Shown here: positions 43,040 through 56,255 of the stretch, piece by piece
Position numbering within the stretch: position 1 is the stretch's first letter
Layout: every line of letters begins with the position of its first letter
Assembly: GCA_951406725.2 (NCBI GenBank)
Contig: OX597815.1
Location: 103,850,001-103,914,000 of the forward strand
Length of the DNA stretch: 64,000 nt
Source: Octopus vulgaris
Lineage: Eukaryota
Direction: 5' to 3'
Made by a program: the position numbers and the translations under genes
Notes under the pieces: generated by a model
Seen by the model: only the letters and a program-made list of their open reading frames with translations
Databases searched by the model: none
What the model was told of the DNA's origin: nothing

Positions 43040-44830
43040 TCTCTGTATAGAACAACAAATAACATAGTATAACCCTCCCTTCAATTACATAATAGATAAT
43101 AATATAGGTAGAAAATTATTTAGCATACTAAAGGACAATTTCCCTCCTTCACACAAGTATTACCATTTATTCACCCGTAGAAACGTTAGGGCCTCCAACT
43201 CAACACTTCCCACTTTAGGTACAACTATAGATGGCCTGAATAAGAAACACGTATAAATGGCCCGGAGTATTAATAATACCCGTAACAGCACCGTTCCTCA
43301 TAAAAATCGCAATAAGAATAACAATAATAATAATATTAATATTCCTCCTATCACTGCTATTTCAGTCGTCACTAATACTGTATACAACAATACCATCACA
43401 GAGCAAGTCCTTTCAGTTAGTAGATATTATAATACCGGTATCAGTCAGCCTGCCACTAAAGGGGATAGCATCTGTAACAACTCTACCACAATTACTAATG
43501 GTGGCAGCAGTACGGATTCTACTAGTTTAAGTTCACACCATATCGTATACCACTCCCTACAGCCCTAACACTCTCTCCGCTATCTGTAAGGACCTGCCCA
43601 TCTACTTCCAGTCATGTTGATATGCTAATCGCACAGAAAACTAACACCAGTGCTGAAACTTTGGCCTCTAGTGTCACTATTTGAAAGTCAAACCTCTTAC
43701 GACAATGCTCAGTACCAACATTCTCAAACCCTGGGTTCGACAATTAATTATAACCGTATTGATCCTAGTAATATAAACCCCAGTAACAACCATACGAAAC
43801 CTGTAGTTCTCGCGAGCGTGAACTATTACGCCATAATAACGTTGGATCGCGTACCCGTAATAATACATTTCAAGTCTTAGAAAATATTGGGTGCAATTGT
43901 TTAGATATAATATTATATCCACTCTTTTGTCGATGTCTAGCAGTAAATGTGGTTTCTAAATGTGATGTTGTAACGGAGACCCTACTGCTGGCTTTCTCTG
44001 ATATCCGATCTGGTGTTTCCTCAAACTCCGTACAAGGTACAGTATATTATATAACCCCACTTTTTCTTTAAACGCCTTGATGATAAGTAGTACTCTACCA
44101 TTGCTACCAGGTTTTTCCTCTCCAGACAAACATGTTCTAATATTTCAAGCGATCCCCACTAACCCATATACATATTCATATCTAAAACAACACCCTACAT
44201 CTTTCTACCATACAAGATAAATCATTCGCGCTTAACACTACATTTCTTTAAAAGTTAGATCTTATTATTCGATTGCCTTTGTACCCTCCTCCAACTTTCA
44301 ACCAATATCCACAGAATACCCCTAAATTCTGTGTATCTCCGCCCTCCCCCCTTTGTCCTTTAACCTTAGCTAGCGAATCCTAAACCCCGACTCTATACCT
44401 AATTGGCATGTATGCATTTATTTTTTCTTCACCTTTACCTTTGCTTTCTTTCTTTATCCTTAATCTATCTTAGGTCCTCTCCCAACTACCCACTGCTCTA
44501 AGCCTACTATAATAAAACATCACCTACACTTCACTCCAGCCTACCTAAGATCCAGTCTATTAGATTCCTATCTCAGCCGGGTCGCTGACCTTAGATATCA
44601 TGTTACACCCTTTCACAAACTATATTCTTAACCGCAACGGTCAAGTTTGTTGGTCATTCTCCCATTTCACAGTTGGCCTCGAAATACTTCAACCGCGTCC
44701 ATGCTGTATTCTTGGGATATTCTTTTGCTTGTAAAATTACGTTACATCTGATGATTTTTGTAATGTTGTAATGTTCACATTCTTCTATTAAAAAGATGCG
44801 TAAGAAGCAGCCGTGATGAGCTGACATCGT
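43040..44830 (+). mobile_element. Naiad-like PLE 3' part: linker, CxC motif, decayed GIY-YIG, C-rich region and degenerate HHR
   Basis: From 43068: YNPPFNYIIDNNIGRKLFSILKDNFPPSHKYYHLFTRRNVRASNSTLP, matching the WFNPPF...NIG...HFP...H linker pattern. From 43892: CNCLDIILYPLFCRCLAVNVVSKCDV, and later ISKTTPY. HHR relic CTGATGA (44748)...GAAGC-agcc-GTG (44804-44815). Confidence 0.8.
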
Positions 44831-44954
44831 ATGTCATTATTCATTTGTATGCATATGTGAGTGGATTTCGGAGACGGAAATTGAAAGAAGCTTGTTGTAT
44901 ATATATATATATATATATATATAAGCGAGAAAGAAGCAACAAGAATGGATAGGT

Positions 44955-45045
44955 TTTTAGTACAATCGTTTCATACAAGGACAGGCTTTATTAAAAGTTG
45001 CAAAAATTGCAGCATATAAACGTGTCCCGTACTCATCAGCTAAAA
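44955..45045 (-). ncRNA. Mirror-image type I hammerhead ribozyme
   Basis: Exact reverse complement of 45237-45327, within the palindrome. Confidence 0.88.
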
Positions 45046-45236
45046 TACATGTGAGTTCTCTAGACATCCTAGTGGTTGAGGCTATACTCATGAAGTAATG
45101 TAGATAATTAAGTAACATAAACAGATTTCCAAAGTTCATTTAATGAACTTTGGAAATCTGTTTATGTTACTTAATTATCTACATTACTTCATGAGTATAG
45201 CCTCAACCACTAGGATGTCTAGAGAACTCACATGTA

Positions 45237-45327
45237 TTTTAGCTGATGAGTACGGGACACGTTTATATGCTGCAATTTTTGCAACTTTTAATAAAGCCTG
45301 TCCTTGTATGAAACGATTGTACTAAAA
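45237..45327 (+). ncRNA. Type I hammerhead ribozyme with canonical core
   Basis: uuuuag-CUGAUGA (45243-45249)-guacgggaca...uguccuuguau-GAAAC (45310-45314)-gauu-GUA-cuaaaa. Stem I is 6 bp and stem II about 10 bp. Predicted cut after 45321. Confidence 0.88.
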
Positions 45328-45819
45328 ACCTATCCATTCTTGTTGCTTCTTTCTCGCTTATAATCACCCCACATTACTGTATTGTTAAAACCGTATAGTT
45401 TGTTTTGGTGCATCTAAGTTAGGTACCATATTCAAGTAAATTCATTTAAATTAACTTGAATCTTTATTGCTTTTTGTATATATATATATATATGTATGAA
45501 CGTATGTGTATAAGCGTAAAACATCCTTTCTTTCCTTCCCTGAGTGTCCTCGCGTTGTTGTCTCCGCCTATCAAATGCTCGCAATACTTTAGTTAGGTAG
45601 AGCTATAGTGATTGACATTTGCCCAAAGTGTCGTGCAGTGGGAGTGCACTCGAAACCATGTGGTTGGGAAGCAAACATAAGACATGTGTCATATCTGCGT
45701 GTGTGAATGTGTGTGTATGTGGGTGTACGTGTGTGTGTATTAAATAATGTATAAATATGTATATGAGTGTGTGTGTATGCGTATATATACGTATATGTGT
45801 CTCACTGTGTATGTTTTTT

Positions 45820-46003
45820 TTCCTACAGCTTGACAACTGGTGTTGGTTTATTTACGTCCCTGCAACATAGTGCTTCGGCAAAAGACACCGTTAGAATAAG
45901 TAACAGACTTTAAAAACAAGGAACGATGTTGATTTGTTCGGGTAAAACGCTTCAAGGTGGGACACCACCATGGCCGCAGTCGAATGGCAGAAACAAGTAA
46001 AAG
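45820..46003 (+). mobile_element. SINE family B, 3' half
   Basis: cttgacaactggtgttgg...cggcaaaagacaccg...ccatggccgcagtc...gaaacaagtaaaag. Confidence 0.75.
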
Positions 46004-46039
46004 TTATATTTAGTTACATATATATATGTTTATATTTAC

Positions 46040-46253
46040 ATGTGGCTCTGTGATAAGGAGTTCGCCTGCCAAACCCATGGTTCAGGATTCAGTCACACAG
46101 CGTACTACCTTGGACGAGTGTCTTCTACTATAGCCTCAGGCCGAGCAAAACGACCCAAAACTTGTGAGTGGTTTTCGGACACGGAAATTAAAAGATCGTT
46201 GTCGTCGTGTGTGTGTGTGTGTGTGTGTGTGTGTCTGTGTGTGTGTGTGTGTA

Positions 46254-46295
<42 letters not shown>

Positions 46296-46370
46296 GCCTA
46301 CCACCACTGCTTGACAACCGGTGCCGAATTGTTTATGTTCACACGGTTCGGCAAAAGAGAACGGTAGAGT

Positions 46371-46372
<2 letters not shown>
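46040..46372 (+). mobile_element. SINE family B (tRNA-like head, internal (GT)n), 3'-truncated
   Basis: tgtggctctgtgataaggagttcg...accttggacgagtgtcttctactatagcctc...(gt)n...ttgacaaccggtg...cggcaaaagag. Confidence 0.8.
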
Positions 46373-46423
<51 letters not shown>

Positions 46424-46733
46424 AAGAGAGAGATAAAGAGAGAGAGAGAGAGAGAGAGAGATACATACACACACACACACACACACACTTATATATACAC
46501 AGACGCACACACACAGGTGAGTGTGTGTATCTATGATCGCCAATAAACTTCTATATGCGTATATACGTGTGACTTTGTGTTGTGCATCTATACTTGTGTT
46601 CTTACAAATTATTGTTCCTTCTCTTTACAAATATTAATCAATATATCTTTCTTTCTATATCTGTACATTTGAATACTTCTATAGTTTCCTTTTTTTGTTT
46701 TGCAGCACGCAACAGATGTTTTCTTTGACTCTG

Positions 46734-46812
<79 letters not shown>

Positions 46813-46937
46813 ATCTTTCTATCTATCTAGCTAGCTAGCTATCCATCTATATATCTATATATCTATCTCTCATTCTTGTCTCTCTCTGACTGTCTCCTTT
46901 TCCCCCCAACCCGTATAGTTACCAGTGTTTATTTATT

Positions 46938-47015
<78 letters not shown>

Positions 47016-47085
47016 TAGTGTTGTGGGTAAACACACGAATTCTGTGTAGGTTAAGAAACGAAGAAAATGTATATTTACGTGTGTG

Positions 47086-47123
<38 letters not shown>

Positions 47124-48146
47124 CATGTAGTAGGTAGGCATACATGTGTGTATATGTATGCTGAAAACGATTGCAATTACCGATCTTTTATTTTCACGAG
47201 GCACTCATGGAAAGAGGAGATGTACATGCTGTGGGTAACACCATGTCAGTTATATAGTTCCGTTTAAAAAACAAAAACTATACGCTCTGGATTAGGTAAC
47301 AGGTGGACATTTCCTATCTTCTTTTAGTTTTCCATCAGCTGTTAATACGCAGTTGTCTTTGTTTTGATTTTCTGCACAAGGAATTCAAATGCCATAGAGG
47401 TAAACTTCACCATCAATTAAGAAGTGAATTATAACATCATTGTTGATGTATCCTGCTGGACTGCGCACCTGTATGTTCCACCCGGTCGTGTAGGTAATAA
47501 CTCGAGTGTCGCTGTCTTCGCTCTCGCCTACATGAGCAGACAATTAGCGAAAGCGTAGTTTCTGCTTTTAATTATTTTTACTTCCGAGTGATGAGCATCG
47601 TTTATATATATATATATGTGAGTGTATGTGTGAGTATGTGAGTGAGTATATGTCTACGTGCGTGTATGTGTGTGTAGATATATTCGATCAGATTACATTA
47701 AGTTTTATCGAGGTACAGGAAAACACACACGATTCGTCAGATATTTTGAGCTAAAACTGTTCTTTCTTGTTTCCTTCTGATCTGTCTATGTAAGTCTGTA
47801 TACCTATGAACACGTAAATACGCGCATACTTACACATGTACATGACATACGATATATATCTTAGTAACGTGTATGCATAATAAATAGTCCTTTATTAAAG
47901 ATGTATCGCAACGCAAATTTTCTTTTAAATAATTGTTTATAAGCATGGTTTAAAAATCTCTTGGATGGGGTAAAAACTGGAAGTCGACGATGACACTGGA
48001 ACCACGTGGTTTCTGTAACCTAGAAGATGCTCTGCAAGTAGATTTTCATCGCTCTTCCGTTTATGTTTTATAGGCTGTTTTTTATAGCTGAGGATCTAGT
48101 TTTTTTCATTCGCAAAATGAGCCCCCTTTAATTTTGCTCAAAATGT

Positions 48147-48381
48147 TTTCAATTTTGGTATATCGATGCAACTCTGAATTTTGAATACGATCAACGAATT
48201 ACTTTATCTCGTATATTAAAGAATCTGACGTTATTTGGAATTAAAGTTGGGAAATTTGGGTAAATTTTGCCAATCAACAGACAGCGAGGCATAAACAGCT
48301 TGTTACCATGACAACCGCACATTGTGTTGTGTTCCACCCGTATGCTGTGTTGAATCTTCACACCACGATATTTACTTCACT
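48147..48381 (+). repeat. Dispersed repeat, copy 2
   Basis: Closely similar to 42391-42623. Confidence 0.85.
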
Positions 48382-50195
48382 CGAGTGTTTGGTTTTAATA
48401 AAAATTTATATTTATCAATTAGAAATTTATTATAGGTATTTTTCGCCAATTGTCTTAAAATTTTACATATTTTTCATATATAGCAAAAGTTGTTTGCGTT
48501 GTTTATACAATTTCTTGGCATTGTGAAGGTGAATGGAATATGTGAACTTAATACAGGCAATTTGACTTTATCTTTGAAATCTGCTTGAAAAAACATATAA
48601 GTTACAGGTATTCTTTTTCTTCGGACAAATTCTTTGTTGACCAGTGTTATTCTTACTGTAGTTTACAAATCCAAGCATGAAAATGCGTGTGCATGCGTGC
48701 GTGTCTGTGTGTGTGGGAGGATTTCCTTCTTTTATCTATGCATAAGCATGCGTGTATGTGTGTATGTCTGCATTTTCCCTTTAAGCTACAATCCTATGTT
48801 AAACTAGAATCCTATGAAGCCACCTATATTCCTCTCTCTGAATTCTTACACATATTTCCTATGTAAAGGAAATAACTCTTGCGCTATAGTAATATTGAAT
48901 TTGATACGTCTGGAAAGAATGCAGTATGATCGTGGCTGCAATGCCTTTGGCCATACGTCTCTTCAGCCAAGGCTGTCACTGGGCTAAACAATTCGTGAGC
49001 GGTGAAAATATCGATGTGATAACTGAGCGAACATGGCTAATATCTGCTAAGGAACATGCACTTTAATGCAATGCACTTTAATGCATAAAGATCAAATAAA
49101 GAGATGACTCTTGTATTTTACCGTGTTGTGCGGGTTTTTTTTGGTTTTGGGGGTTTTTTGTACAGTTAAATACATTCTTTCATTAGAACACACAATAAGT
49201 ACCACATTATGCAATGTGTCTTTCTCCTTTTTGTTGATATCTCTAGTAGGTCGAGAGACTCTATAGAGCCGCCTTTGTACAATAAACCATTATTTGAGCT
49301 GCTGTGGTGGTTATTGCCTTTCCCAGATCACAATTTTTCAATTATAATTTTACAATTTCTGAAAATGTTTTTAAAGTTGTTTTCGTTGTTGCTGTTACTA
49401 TTTCTCTTTCTGGCGTTTTCGTACGTTGCTGCTGTAGCACTAACATGCAATAATCAGTCCTCTCAAATTATAAGGAATTTAGCGCGCTGCTGAAATTGTA
49501 CCTTAAAATGGAACTTTAAAAATAGAATTTTAATTTTTTAATACTAAAAGTTGAATTTTACTAGCAAAATCTCAAAACGGAGTGAAAATTCCATGAATGA
49601 AGATTCCACTTAATAACATACTATTGACATTAAATGAACGGTTTGCTATCTTTAATAGGGGTTTTACCGCCGTTACCTTCATAATTTTACAAGATTTTCA
49701 ACATTTCAATCATTAGCGATGGCTTGGAATGCAATTAGGAGGTGTAATATTTGAAATCTGACAAAATGAAATAAATATTGATTAATAAGTAGTAAATCAT
49801 AAAGGAATGAAACACAATTCGAAAATCTAGAAATTATATATTCGGGACATTTAATATGGGATGCAGTTTAATGTTTCCTTATATGACATAACTGTGAAGT
49901 GCTTCAGTTTTATGTAACAAAATCTGGGTAGATGAATGTGTGTATATACATGCATATGTGTGTCAATGTATTGTACAAAGTATTGTATAGTTGGATACAC
50001 ACCTTTATGCACGATACATTGACACATATACATATTGGATCTCTGTAACAGAATGCAATAAAGTGTTCCCCTGATGGATCTATTTCAGTCAGGCACTTGA
50101 CTCATCCAATGCTGAATTCTAAATAACTGCAATGGTCAATGTACGTAGGAATTGATAATTTATACTTGTGTTTACATCAATTATCTCATATATAT

Positions 50196-50320
50196 AAAAA
50201 ATTTTCAGAACGAGATAAAAAAAAACAAGGCTATGAAAAGTTTAGAACATTTATAAATAGGTCTTACACCTGTGTCCAGGATATTTATTATATCTCTTCA
50301 TGGGAGACGGTGTGAGAAGA
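50196..50320 (-). mobile_element. PLE terminal fragment with a degenerate HHR
   Basis: Minus strand reads aTGAAGA-gatat-aataa-atatc-ctg-GACAC-aggt-GTA-agac (about 50260-50301). Confidence 0.55.
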
Positions 50321-50503
50321 TGGTAAAGCAATAGTTAGTTTAGATAAAATACCAAATATTGGACTCCTTATTCGCATAATCACCGAACCTGGAGCTTAAC
50401 TATGGTCTATCCATAGCACTTACTCAGCATTACCTGACACCTGTTGATGTTACTGACACCATTACCTCTCATAACCCATATATATATACATACATATATA
50501 TAC

Positions 50504-50545
<42 letters not shown>

Positions 50546-50647
50546 TCTAGAAGACCCAAAGTGTGACAGCTAACGTTATGGACAGATCGTAGTTAAACTC
50601 TTGGTTCGGTAGTGATACGAGTGAGGAGTCTTATGCACATATATACT

Positions 50648-50806
50648 GGACAGAATTAGATAACAAAGCCAATGCTGTGAGTAGTTTTCAGGACATTTAT
50701 AAAGAAAATGTTATAAATGTGGTCTTACAGCTGTAAGACTATATATATTTTGCCTTATAAACGTCCTACAAACTACTGACAGCATTCGCTTTGTTATCTC
50801 ATTTTG

Positions 50807-50810
<4 letters not shown>
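50648..50810. repeat. Imperfect palindrome centred on gtcttacag|ctgtaagac (50730/50731), between TA tracts
   Basis: gacagaattagataacaaagccaatgctgtgagtagttt...ggac is mirrored by gtcctacaaactactgacagcattcgctttgttatctcattttgtc. Confidence 0.85.
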
Positions 50811-50880
<70 letters not shown>

Positions 50881-50990
50881 ATACATACATATATATCTGT
50901 ATGTACATATATATATGTGTGTGTGTTTACATATATAAAATAGATCGATATATCGATATATATATATAGCTCGATCGATATATATTTACA

Positions 50991-51038
<48 letters not shown>

Positions 51039-51067
51039 CATACATATATATATATACATATACATGC

Positions 51068-51103
<36 letters not shown>

Positions 51104-51138
51104 ATACATACATACATATATATATACATATATATACA

Positions 51139-51242
<104 letters not shown>

Positions 51243-51260
51243 CATATATATACATATGGA

Positions 51261-51578
51261 CCAAATAAGAAAATGGAGAGGATACAAAAAGACATACATC
51301 ATCCGGTAGACCTTCCAGTGTGTCTATTTATTCCTAAGTATTAGAAAGTATTAGCACGAGACATACACATGCATTAATATCAAAATCAGAAAAGAGTGAA
51401 AGGGGAGGAGCTGACTTTTTTCTCTTTTCTATAATATCAATACATGTGTATGTAACACATAGTTACTGCATGTGTGTATTTTCTCCTAATACTTTCTAAT
51501 GCTTTGGAATAAATAGACACCCTGGAATGTCTACCGAATGATGCATGTCTTTTTGTATCCTCTCCATTTTCTTATTGG
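51261..51578. repeat. About 112-bp inverted repeat pair
   Basis: 51261-51373 pairs with 51467-51578, with scattered mismatches. Confidence 0.88.
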
Positions 51579-51623
51579 AATAAGCACAGAGAGAGAGAGA
51601 GAGCACACAGAATGACGAAAAGC

Positions 51624-51665
51624 TTCGCTGAGGAGGCCACAGATGTGGGACGAAAGATTTCCGGA
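51624..51665 (+). ncRNA. Minimal type I hammerhead motif, slightly decayed
   Basis: uucg-CUGAGGA-ggccacagaugugggac-GAAAG-au-UUC-cgga. A TA tract follows about 100 bp later. Confidence 0.62.
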
Positions 51666-51832
51666 TAATGCACATGAGTCATAATAAGAACAGCAATAAA
51701 CGAGTGAAGAACGAATATATAGCGTGTGTGTTTATTTGGCAAAAATGACCATCCCGAATTACAATATATATATATATATATACACAATAATCTCTGTGTG
51801 TGGGTGTGAGCGTGTGTTTGTGTGTGTGTGCG

Positions 51833-51863
<31 letters not shown>

Positions 51864-52127
51864 TTGTGTGTGTGTGTGTGTGTATGACTGCATCAGCCTT
51901 ACCTTTGCTTTTCTGTGTTGTAAACCCTGTTATACACCTTACTCCGCTCCAGCTCAATATGATGTAAACTTATTTTTTTCTCTTACAATTTTATTTCTTT
52001 TACTTCTGACAATGAAGAACTACTCCCAAAGCATTAAGGTAACCTCTAATTCCTATTCGCTGTGCTTATAGTAAAACTAACTTTTCTAGCCTTTTAGCAC
52101 TCGTACTGATATTTCCATGGTCATGCT

Positions 52128-52338
52128 GGTTTAAAATTTTGACACCAGGGTAGAAATTTTAGGGAAGGGTATAAGTGGATTGACCTCAAAGTTAAACTAG
52201 TGCTTATTATATATACTCCGAAAGAATGAAAGGCGAAGTTGACCTCTGCAAATTTTATACTCAGAACGTAAAGGGCCGGAAGAAATGCTGCAAAGCATTT
52301 TGTTCAACACGCTAACCATTCTACCAGATCAATGTCCT
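52128..52338 (-). mobile_element. SINE family A, degenerate
   Basis: Reverse complement of the tggtagaatggttagcg head, acgttctgagt and cgcctttcattctttcgg. Confidence 0.7.
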
Positions 52339-52462
52339 TATATAGAAAATAATACTGGAAGATCATTGTTGAAATGCAATCCCCAAAGAAACAAATTGCA
52401 TTGTACTTATAGATGCATACATATATGTGTGTGTATGTACATACTCACAGACACACACACAT

Positions 52463-53482
<1,020 letters not shown>

Positions 53483-53575
53483 ACCTTGGGACAGTGTCTT
53501 CTACTGTAGCCTCGGGCCGACCAAAGCTTTGTGAGTAGATTTGGTAGACGGAAACTGAAAGAATCTTGTCATATA

Positions 53576-53607
<32 letters not shown>

Positions 53608-53868
53608 TGTGTGTGCATGTGTGTGTCTGTGTGTGTGTATGTTTGTGTGTCTGTGTGTGTGTATGTTTGTGTGTCTGTGTTTGCCCCCCCCCCCCCCCAT
53701 CACCGCTTGACAACCGTTGCTTGTATGTTTGCGTACTTAGCAGTGCTGCAAAAGAGACCGATAGACTAAATACTAGGCTTACTAAGAATAAGTCCTGGGG
53801 TCAATATTTGTTCGACTTAAGGCGGTGCACCAGCATGGCTGCAGTCAACTGACTGAAACAATTAAAGG
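53483..53868 (+). mobile_element. SINE family B, headless, fused to the mariner remnant
   Basis: accttgggacagtgtcttctactgtagcctcgggccgaccaaagc...(gt)n...ggcggtgcaccagcatggctgcagtc...gaaac. Confidence 0.85.
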
Positions 53869-54766
53869 AATATATATATATGTATATGCAAACTCAGACA
53901 CGCATATGTGCGTGTGCGAATGCGATGCAGTCGCCAGGAGGTTTTTATCTACTGTGTTATGAACGGAAGATAATTGTTATACATAAAGAATTTATGTTGT
54001 CGGGTATGCAGTAACTGGTTTTTCATCTTTGATCCACATACTCATTCTATTTTACAGTTTCGTTTATTTCCCTTAACACATTTTTTTTTTTCTTCAATTA
54101 TGCATATCATCCAAATGCAGGTATTTTTCTACCCTATGTCTTTGTTGGTGTGTTACTAATACGGCGCAGTGCTGATTACGCCTATTGAGGAAGGAACACT
54201 TAGTCAGAGTTGTCCTTTTTCTATAGACAAAACAAGCAAGCTGTCTTCTTCTTGGTGATATTGTAACTCCGGAAAAATTCATGATTTCCTGGTGCATATT
54301 ACTATTTCTGATTCGGCATCCGTTGCAATTGCAATTTGAGGATAATTTCAATAAATAAAGAATTTATCGTTTGCAGTTTTTAGCCTATCTCTCTTTGATG
54401 ATTGCCGTCGAAATTCAAGTTATTGATTACTCTGAGTTAGCTCAGTTTCATTATGTGGGAATGTGTTCGCGCGCGTATATACGTGTTTTTTTTTTTTGCG
54501 TGAGGTAACATCGATTTCGTTTTCAAACTGTTCTTTCTATCGAATATCAAAATGCATACACAGAATTCAAAGTTTAAAACATATTTGTGTGTATTCACCT
54601 GATATGCAGTGAGAAGTTTCGAATGCTAAGACTGAAGAAATCAACACATATTCTCATTTTATTGATAGTCAATTATTCCAAGAATTTGTTTTCAATTCTT
54701 TACCAAAGCATACTTCACATTATAATAGAGCGTATATACGTATATATGTATATGTGTGGGGGTTTG

Positions 54767-54812
<46 letters not shown>

Positions 54813-56037
54813 TACACACACACATCTGTATTGTATTCCTGTGCTTGAACATGTCTGTCTATTTTATAGAAAATGTATATCATAAAATATAGATATGTAT
54901 ATATGGATGTGTGTATATACATACTATAATTGTATAAAGTAAAATACATATTTGGTTACACACACACACACACAGATATATAGAAGCATGCACAAATACA
55001 TACGTATACACAAATATATTTACATACGTATATCAATTATTGCCTTCATAATCTTTGGGATTAGAAGGAGTCACTCCATAATAAGACAATAAAACAGAAG
55101 TGATTTAATAAGAAGGTGCGGCTCGATTAGAAAAGAAATGGAGTTGTTCAGCAACAAATATTAGAATCTAAAGAATATATGAACCGGAGGCAGATACTGA
55201 CTTAGTGCAATATCTTCATAGCTATTGTTTTCTCAACAGTTCGTTTCTCCTGCATTTTTGTTGTTTCTTTCTATCGCACTTTCACACATCTTCTGATTAT
55301 CGGACAGACTTTGTCAGTTTCTTCCTTTATCGCAGTGTTTTTAATTGAACAATGTTTGTTTGTTTTTTTTATAATGTGCGCATTGATTTCTGTCATTAGT
55401 ACACAATAATTTAATTAGCTCTTAACACATTATAATCAACTATTTAAACACTACATTTATGGAAGGTTTGATTTTATTGTAGTTGTTTTTGATGATGATG
55501 GCGATGGTGATTGTGGTGGGGGCGGCAGCGGGGGCAGTGGCGACTGCTACAGTGGCTGGTTGAGTAGTGAAGGGGAATATAGTATAAAGTTTCTAAATCA
55601 ATTATCTGCGCGTGTATGTGTGTGTGGAAATGTGATTGAGTATGTGTTTATATGTCAGTGAAAGTGTATTTATATGAATGTGTGTATGTGTGGGTGTGTG
55701 TGTGTGATCGTGCGTATAGGTGTCTATTTCAGTGTGTTTAATTAGGTGTATATGTGTCATCCCTGTATGTGTCTGTATTCATTTATATGTGTTTGTTCGT
55801 AAGCTTATATGCGTGTCTGTGTTTGTAAGTGTGTATGTGTCTTATATATTAGAGGTGCAGGTAAAATTAATTTTGATATTGATTAAACATTAAAAATCTG
55901 AATACATAATAGAATCTTGGTTAAATCTTAGTGAAATTCAGGAAGAAAAAGTAAGAGTTCTGCAGACCAATTAGGTTTCGATATTTTCCTCGTGCTTCAA
56001 CTTATTCACTAAAACGTAGTACGAAATCATTTATCAA

Positions 56038-56255
56038 TTGGTTTCAAATTTTGGCACAAGGTCAGTAATTTCGGGAAAATGTGTAAGTCGATCACATCGA
56101 CCCCAGTACTCAACTGATACTTATTCAATCGACACCGAAAGGATGAAAGACAACGTCGATCTTGGTGCGGTTTGAGCTCAGAACGCAAAGACGGATGAAA
56201 TGCCCCCAAGCATTTTGCCTGGCGTACTATCGATTCTGCCAGCTCTCCACCTCAA
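56038..56255 (-). mobile_element. SINE family A, full length
   Basis: Reverse complement of ggtggagagctggcagaatcgatagtacgcc...ccttgtgccaaaatttgaaacc. Confidence 0.88.

Larger units (their letters stand above)
44920..45362. repeat. Palindrome with two 221-bp arms and a 1-nt spacer (45141), perfect by eye
   Basis: No mismatch found between the arms by eye. The track lists identical 60-aa ORFs at 44957-45139 (-) and 45143-45325 (+). Confidence 0.97.

Noticed and set aside
43892-43935. Selenocysteine-type Naiad (UGA at conserved Cys)
   Set aside because: The Cys positions read tgc, tgt, tat and tgt, not tga. No SECIS was recognised.
44957-45325. Twin identical 60-aa ORFs as a divergent gene pair
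   Set aside because: They are a by-product of the palindrome. There is no recognisable domain and no room for a promoter between them.
47340-47560. Possible exon or miRNA-like hairpin in a GC-richer patch
   Set aside because: All minus-strand frames I translated contain stops, the hairpin pairing is poor, and I did not recognise a miRNA.
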